Sequence record: CP025712.1
Reading direction: 5' to 3' (one strand)
DNA: 46,701 bases
From: Escherichia phage YDC107_1
Position 1 is the stretch's first letter; each line of letters begins with the position of its first letter. Under the pieces are notes generated by a model. That model did not search any database, had not been told where the DNA came from, and saw only the letters and a program-made list of their open reading frames with translations. The translations under genes were made by a program, and so were the position numbers. This document shows positions 40,174 through 46,701 of the stretch, piece after piece.

Positions 40174-40553
40174 GGTATGCACTCTTGTTTGGTAAAACAG
40201 TGCTACCACCAGAGTTGAGAATCTCTATGGGGTGGTAGCCCAAGCGGGGTTCTCAACACCGGCCCAAACGACACCGGCCAGCCTTTCGGCTGCCCCACCT
40301 GAGCCACCATAATTCGGATATGCGCAGGCTCATACACACAAAAAAACACGCTGGCGCGTGTTGTGCGTCGTTCGGATTTCGGGGTTGAGAGTCCCGGCTA
40401 CGGGATTTACCGCAGCGAAGTAACTTTACCGTCAAAACGACGCACACGTCAATAATTTGCAAAGACATTTTACCCCGTGACCAGTCACGGGGACAGGTGT
40501 TTTTATAGTTTGCTTTACTAACTGATCAGAACCTGATCAGCTGTTGGAGGGCA

Positions 40554-40778
40554 TCAGATATCAGGGAGTTCCGCCGCTGATACTCGCTCGCAGAATAGGC
40601 CAATTGGTCGAGGTTCCAGTTGAGGGTTCTTCTGCATCTCTTGTTGGTATCTCTGCGCTTCAAGGATGAGAGCCTGCAAAGCCACAGAATAATCAAAATG
40701 AGGCTCTTCACCGCCCTCTTTATCTCCGATTACTACCGTCCAAACCAGGCGAGTTTCTTCATTTTTGTTACAGTTCAT
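40554..40778 (-). CDS. Mirror copy of the small acidic protein gene
   Basis: Identical translation to 32705..32929. Confidence 0.35.
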   Translation of the reverse strand: MNCNKNEETRLVWTVVIGDKEGGEEPHFDYSVALQALILEAQRYQQEMQKNPQLEPRPIGLFCERVSAAELPDI

Positions 40779-40796
40779 AAATACTCCTTCCACAAC

Positions 40797-41191
40797 TCAA
40801 TCAACTTTTTTAGCATCAGCCATATGCTTCAACCAGTAATCAACAATCGGCTGCTCATCCACAGAATGTTTACCAGGTATAACTCGCCAGCTATCTTGCG
40901 AAAATCTGCCGTACTTACGCGGGAATAGGCCTTTCTTTATCTCCCGCCATGTACTAGGAAAACCATCCACAAAAGTACCAATTAACAGGAGAGGGACAAA
41001 ATCAGAGCTACAAACCATCGTGCAAGAAAGTGTTCAACAACAACATTTTCACCGTTGTAGTAATACGCATACGCATCCAATATGCGAATTTTCCTTACCT
41101 TAAAAATAGCCTTATGCTGAGAACGACTTAACTTGATACGAATGTATCCCTTATCCAAAGGGGATTCGTATTTGTATGATTGAACTGCCAT
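40797..41191 (-). pseudogene. Mirror copy of the membrane-protein gene, frameshifted
   Basis: T5 to T4 contraction splits it into ORFs 40797..41018 and 40982..41191. Confidence 0.6.
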
Positions 41192-41193
41192 TT

Positions 41194-41460
41194 TTAACCC
41201 CTCTCAGCGTTATTCTCTGATAACGGCTTTACCTTATATTTCCTCAATAGCATACGGGCTTCATCTGTCCGGTCTTCCATGTTTTTATCGCTGGCTATAC
41301 AGCAATAAACAGCATCATCATCGCCAAAGCTATTCATCCTGATGATGGTGAACGGCAGTTCACGACCAGTTTTGTAGTCGCTATAGCCAGTATCCATTCT
41401 GCTGACGTTAACAACATACGGATCATACCCTTCAATCAAAACGAGGCACTCTTGCATCAT
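41194..41460 (-). CDS. Mirror copy of the hypothetical gene 32022..32288
   Basis: Identical translation. Confidence 0.35.
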   Translation of the reverse strand: MMQECLVLIEGYDPYVVNVSRMDTGYSDYKTGRELPFTIIRMNSFGDDDAVYCCIASDKNMEDRTDEARMLLRKYKVKPLSENNAERG

Positions 41461-41477
41461 TCCCACGCTTCTACCCT

Positions 41478-44400
41478 CTAAACTACACAAAACTCATCGC
41501 TGGCATGTCGTGGGCCTATAAAAGCCTTCAGCAACTTAATCTCATGACCGGACAGCAAATCCATAAACTCAGTCATATAAAGGGCTGCAAACGTGTATGC
41601 GATGCTGTCAACTGACCACCCCCTGATAGATTCCAGTTCGGCTGATGGCAGAGCACTCATCGCCCAGGACTCAGGAACAGCCACCGGCAATACAGCCAAA
41701 GCCTGTGATATAGCTGAACGAGGGGGATCCTGTTCCTCCGTGTTTGTGGATCGCGTTTCACCATTCATATATATATTTAATGACAAATCGCGATCCACTT
41801 CGGTCGTTGATTTTTCTGCCTTGCGAGCTTTCAACGTCATACCGTCCTCCTGACGTTGCGTAAGAATATCAAGCATAATGCTACAGACTCAGGCTCAACA
41901 AAACGCAATGTCGGGCGCTTATCGCCATCTCTGCCGCGACGTTTTCCTGTTTTTAGGCCGAGAGAGTCGCAGATGTTTTTAAACAGTGCTTCCGGCACTT
42001 TAGGCTTCCCTTTTGGTGTCATAAAACCACCAATGCGCAGAACGTTATTCAACAGGTCACGGCGTTCTGCTGTCATGAGATTATCTCGAGCGAACTTAAG
42101 GCGTTCCTGCGTCGCTTCGCCAGTCATAGTTTCAGGGTCGATACCGCAGTCGATAAAATACTGCCGGAGAGTTGCTGATTTAAGCGCATAGAATCCGCGC
42201 ATGCCGACCTCAACAGCTGGGGTGGCTTTTACCTTGTAGTCGATTATTCCCGGAAATTTCGCTTTGAATACATCATCAGCCTGCTCGCGTGTCATCGCGG
42301 TCACCACAAAATATTGCCACTGTCCGGTCTGGCGGTATGCGTATGTAAAATTGATAGCCGCTTCTTCACGGTCATAACGACGGGCTGTGACTTCATCAAG
42401 CAGCATCGTTTCATAACGGCGAATTTTGTCTCGAGCACCATCGAAATAGAATTTCAGCGTGCCTTCTTCAACCGGTAGTTTCAGTTCGTTCTCAATATCC
42501 CAGCGGACAAGTTTTGCCTGTTCTTCAAGCGTTAGCGCACGTTTTTTTAGTAGTTCTTCACGCTCTGATTCTTCTGGTGTCTCTGTATTGAGGTGCAGAT
42601 CCAGCGTCTGTTCCCACACAATATCCCGCGCTTCTTTGCGCAGCTCTTTACCAAAATCATTTGCGGCATAATCAGTAGCTAATGGCGATACCTTATAACC
42701 GTCGCTGTGCATGATGCAGATCATGTTGCTGGCGTAGTCGTTACGCGCAGACGCTTCAATAGCGGCAGCTTTAATTTTCATCCTGGTAAAGTCGGTATTG
42801 GCCACCCCCATTGATATACGGTCGCCATCGAAAACGACATCCGTCAGTTCACCGTTCATGCCTGCGGTAGCAAGTAATGCCTGGGCGAATGCACGTTCTA
42901 TTTTTTGCGGATCAGTCTCGCGTTTTGCACGAGCTTTATCAAAGCCGATAATAAATTCTTTTGCTGTACGGTCGCGGCGTAGCATTTGCACTGCGTCGCT
43001 GGGCACAACTTCACCGCAGAACATGCCGAAATGACGGTCAAAATGTTTTTTCTCAAATGACACCCCGGAGGAAATCGACGGGCTGTAGATCAGTCCATCG
43101 TATTTCATCACCATTACTTTTGGCTGGTTGGTAAAAGCATCGACTTCTTCATCCTGTTTGCTTTTCTGGTTTACGCACAGAAATTTCTTACCAGGAAAAT
43201 GCATTCTCAGGGTGGCGGTCACATCTTCTGCAAAGGTGGAGCTGTCGGTGGCCAACATGATTTTTTCGCCATCCGATACAGCTTTCACCACCTCGGTCAT
43301 GATGCGATCTTTTTCTGTATAAAAAACCCGGATTGGCTCACCTGTTTCGCGGTTGCGAACATCAACAGGTAATTCAATTACGTGGATCTGCAGCCATGCC
43401 GGTAAACCTAGTTCTTCACGGCGTTTCATAGCCAGTTCAGCCAGGTCAACCAGCAGATCGTTCGCATCAGCATCCACCATTATTGGGTGTTGTTCCGTTC
43501 TGGCCAGCGCGTCAATTAGCGTATTGAATACAGCCACTGGGTTTTCCATAGCCCGACCGGAAAGAACGGCACGTAGCCCTTGTGTGGCCTCGTCAAAGCC
43601 AAAATAGTCGTGCTGGCGCATCAACGGTTGCCAGCAGTTTTTAACAATCGAGTTTATGCAGATGGTCAGTTTACTGGCGTATGGAGCCATTTCCTGATAG
43701 CCAGGGTCCTGATAGTGCAGGATATCGGCTTTTACACCTTTTCCTTCAGTCATCATTTCCCACAGGCCACCAATAAGGGAAACACGGTGAGCTACAGAGA
43801 TACCGCGTTCTGAGCTATGCATTAACGGTCGTAACAATCCAGTAGATTTGCCGGAACCCATACCAGCACGAACGATGACGATCCCCTGTAGTGATTGCAC
43901 GTACTTCAGGACGTCATAGGTCATTACCGAAGTTTCAAAACGCTTATAGGTGATATGTTGAGGGCGTTTATTGGGATCAGTTATGCGTTCGCTGAAAGAG
44001 CGCGGAGCCTGGGCAATACGGCATTTTTTATTCAGGCGACGGGCAATGTGGTCTTTTACCGTAGCGCGATAGATATTTTCCAGCCCCATTTCACGCAGAA
44101 CGATACAGAACATGTTAAACAAATCTGACGGACTGTTAGGAACCGGACAGGTTAGCATGCCAATATCCACCGCTCTCAGCAGCTCTTTGGCAAAAGTACG
44201 ACGGTTATCCCGCTTAATTGTCTTCAGGCGGTTGAGCGTCAGAGATAGCAAATCAGTGCCGGTTTTCAGGCGGTTTGCTGTTGCAAATAGTTGACGTGCT
44301 GTTTCACGAAGTCCACGTAGTTTGTGCAGGTCGTTGAAGTCACTGCACTCCATTTGCGGATCGTCTTCAAAAGTTGGGTAGACGCAGCGGACATCGTTGA

Positions 44401-45458
44401 ATTTCGATAAGATTTCATAGCCAGTCCGCAGGCCGGTATTCCCTTTTCCTTCTGTGGCAGATTTCCGGTCATTATCCAGTGCGCAGGTGATTTTTGCCGC
44501 CGGGTACATGTTTACCAGTTGTTCCACAACATGAACCATGTTGTTAGCGGATACAGCGACAACCACCGCGTCAAAGCGTTTATCTTTTTTCGTGGCAAGC
44601 CAGATGGATGCACCAGTAGCAAAACCTTCTGTAACAGCGATGTTTTGCGCCCCTTTCAGCTCACCGATAACAAAGCAGGCACCGACGAAATCGCCGCTGG
44701 TTACTGCGCTGGTCTGGTATTTCCCACCTTGTTGTCGATTCGCTGCCAACCCACAATACGACCATCATAACGACCGTCCAGGTGAGCCAGAGGATAGCCA
44801 TATATGTGGTTGGCCCCCGGCTCCATTTCGCACTGTCGTGACTGGTCACGCGACGCACATCACATGAACTAAAAACGTCACGAATACCTTTTTTAATCGC
44901 ATATGGCCATGAGCCGTCTTCAGCCTGAGCATGTTCCCACGCGCTGTGGAATGCCAGCCATCCCAGCAAACGTTCATGGTCCATTTGGTTGTTTTTCAGG
45001 TCATTAATTCGTTTTTGTTCTTCACGGCGACGACGTGCTTCGGCCTGACGTTCTATTCTTTCCCGTTCTTCTTCCGGTTGTGCGACCACGGTCGCATTAT
45101 TCCGTTGTTGCTCACGGCGATATTCAGAAAACAGGAAGGAGAAACCGCTCCATGAGCCAGCATCGCTGCCTTTATGGACGAAGTTAATGAACGGGTAATC
45201 AATCCCTTTGCTGTGTTCCAGCCTGGAGTAAATTTCTACGCGTCCTTTCAGGCTCTTTTCGAGAGCTTCTGGAGATGTTTTATTGTATGAAGAGTAACGC
45301 TCAACCCCCCCGCGAGGGTTGAGTTGGATGTTGTCGGAACAGGCAGGCCAGTTGATACCAGCCATCTGTGCCAGCTCGGTTAGTTCATCCCGTGCTGCTT
45401 CAATTAGCGAGAACGGATCGCTGCCAAAGCGATCCGCATAGAAATCGTTTAATGTCAT
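41478..45458 (-). pseudogene. Mirror copy of repA, broken by at least three 1-bp contractions
   Basis: Fragments 41478..41876, 41837..44749 and 44661..45458; contractions TTT to TT, AAA to AA and CCC to CC checked by eye. Confidence 0.7.
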
Positions 45459-45703
45459 TTTTTAGCCATTCCATGCGAATTATGTTTTTTCGGGTTGAAA
45501 AAATCCGCAGGAGCAGCCACAATAAACGCATCTTGAATTGACGGAATCTGTCGCGTTGTTGTGGCTGCTTCCTGAAAAGGACCCGAGTTTGCCGACTCGG
45601 GTTTTTTTTCGTCTTTTTTCTGCTGCTGTAACCTGAGTCAACCCACAGAACATATGCCCTGCATTAAACCAGATTTACAGCAAACAATAAACCCCGTATT
45701 AAG

Positions 45704-46299
45704 TCATCTACCCTCAACCATGAATGATTTGATCGTTCCGACTATTTGGTGAACAAATTCAAGATCGCTTTTCCTGAAGATGGCGCGTTGTGAGTTTGTT
45801 CCATCCAGATAGTAATTTTCATCATCAAAACGGGCCAGGCGCTGGATAGTGATATTTCCTGCAGTATCACGAACCAGAACATCCTCGCCGGGGACCAGTT
45901 CCAGCGCAGAATCGACCAGGAGAAAATCGCCTGGCTGATAGTTTCCCTGCGTAAGATTGCTGATAGTTAACGCATACACAGTATTGCGCTGGCTGATGAA
46001 TGGCAGGAATCGCTCAGTATTTGGAACCTGTCCCGGCTTCCACTCTTCATCCGGCCCACTTTCAGTTGTGCCAATAACAGGAATGCGATCAGGGTCATAT
46101 TCTGTCCATATAGCACCCAATGCACTGGCTTGCGTAAGCACTTAGCCAGGGCAATACCTATCTCCAGTGACGGCATTACGTCGCCACGTTCTAAGTTTTG
46201 GACGCCTGCTATAGAGATATCGACAGCCTCAGCAACTTCTCGCAACGTCAGCTTCATCTCTAAACGGCGTGCTTTCAGTCGTTCGCCTCGTGTTTTCAT
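45704..46299 (-). pseudogene. Mirror copy of the cB repressor gene, frameshifted
   Basis: GGG to GG contraction; fragments 45704..46141 and 45967..46299. Confidence 0.65.
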
Positions 46300-46389
46300 A
46301 CTGTAATCATAAATGATCTTCTTATAGCTGGCTATAAAATTTATTTATTATAGCTGGCTTTAATTGTTGTTTATTGTTTATAATAACAA

Positions 46390-46611
46390 CATGAACCAGA
46401 AGAACTTATTCGCCATTTTGGCAGTGTAGAAAAAGCAGCGGCAGGGGTAGGTGTAACACCCGGAGCTGTTTACCAATGGTTAACCGCTGGAGAGATTCCT
46501 TCATTGCGGCAAAGCGATATTGAAGTTCGTACTGCTTATAAGCTGAAGAGTGACTTTACAACTCGGCGGGTAAAGCAGTCGATTAAGGAGAGTCGTAAGC
46601 GTGGAGCTTGA
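46390..46611 (+). pseudogene. Mirror copy of cro, frameshifted in the fourth codon
   Basis: ATGAAACCAG becomes ATGAACCAG, giving a stop after 12 codons. Confidence 0.6.
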
Positions 46612-46701
46612 GTATATACGCAGCTGCGTCTCTACGGCATTGGCTGATGTTCATTATCGCCAGCGTGGCATTCTGGAGGTCCAGCTTGAGCAGATGCGTC
46701 T
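46601..46701 (+). CDS. Mirror copy of the 236-aa early gene, partial (runs off the window end)
   Basis: GTG-started VELEYIRSCVSTALADVHYRQRGILEVQLEQMR matches the N-terminus of 26166..26876. Confidence 0.35.
   Translation, partial: MELEYIRSCVSTALADVHYRQRGILEVQLEQMR

Larger units (their letters stand above)
26784..46701. repeat. Spacer-less inverted duplication: 26784-36742 mirrored at 36743-46701 (runs to the window end)
   Basis: Every left-arm ORF reappears on the opposite strand at the mirrored position; arms differ by about eight 1-bp homopolymer contractions in the right arm. Confidence 0.95.

Noticed and set aside
36743-46701. Right arm as an independent second copy of the replication and immunity genes, or a second prophage in inverted orientation
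   Set aside because: Zero spacer at the axis, the axis falling in the centre of a telomere-resolution palindrome, and differences limited to homopolymer contractions all favour hairpin read-through or a fold-back artefact.

Overview
This window reads as one end of an N15-type linear phage-plasmid (a temperate phage that persists as a linear plasmid with hairpin ends) carrying a lambda-type virion module. All identifications are from reading the sequence and recalling reference proteins; no search was run. Positions 1-17128 (minus strand) hold a near-complete lambda-like late operon: J (partial, runs off the window start), I, K, L, M, H, G/GT, V, U, Z, FII, FI, E, D, C/Nu3, B, W, A, Nu1. A cos site at about 17290-17312 is followed upstream by a moron flanked by direct repeats, a lysis cassette (Rz/Rz1, SAR endolysin, pinholin-like holin), a DNA methyltransferase, a block of small early/nin-like genes with a DEDDh exonuclease, and a plus-strand HigB/HigA-like toxin-antitoxin pair. 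The immunity switch is at 26866-27775 (cro-like and cB-like repressor genes, divergent, with operator repeats). Leftward of it lie a 1327-aa primase-helicase (RepA-like), accessory ORFs, an anti-repressor operon and a 633-aa protelomerase (TelN-like) gene, which abuts a telRL-like palindrome at 36715-36770. The whole region 26784-36742 is repeated as a spacer-less reverse complement at 36743-46701, differing only by about eight single-base homopolymer contractions. I interpret this as read-through of a covalently closed hairpin telomere (or a head-to-head replication junction), not a second gene set. Five dispersed copies of an 18-bp palindrome resembling the F-plasmid sopC core are candidate partition sites. 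No integrase, att site, tRNA or CRISPR array was seen.
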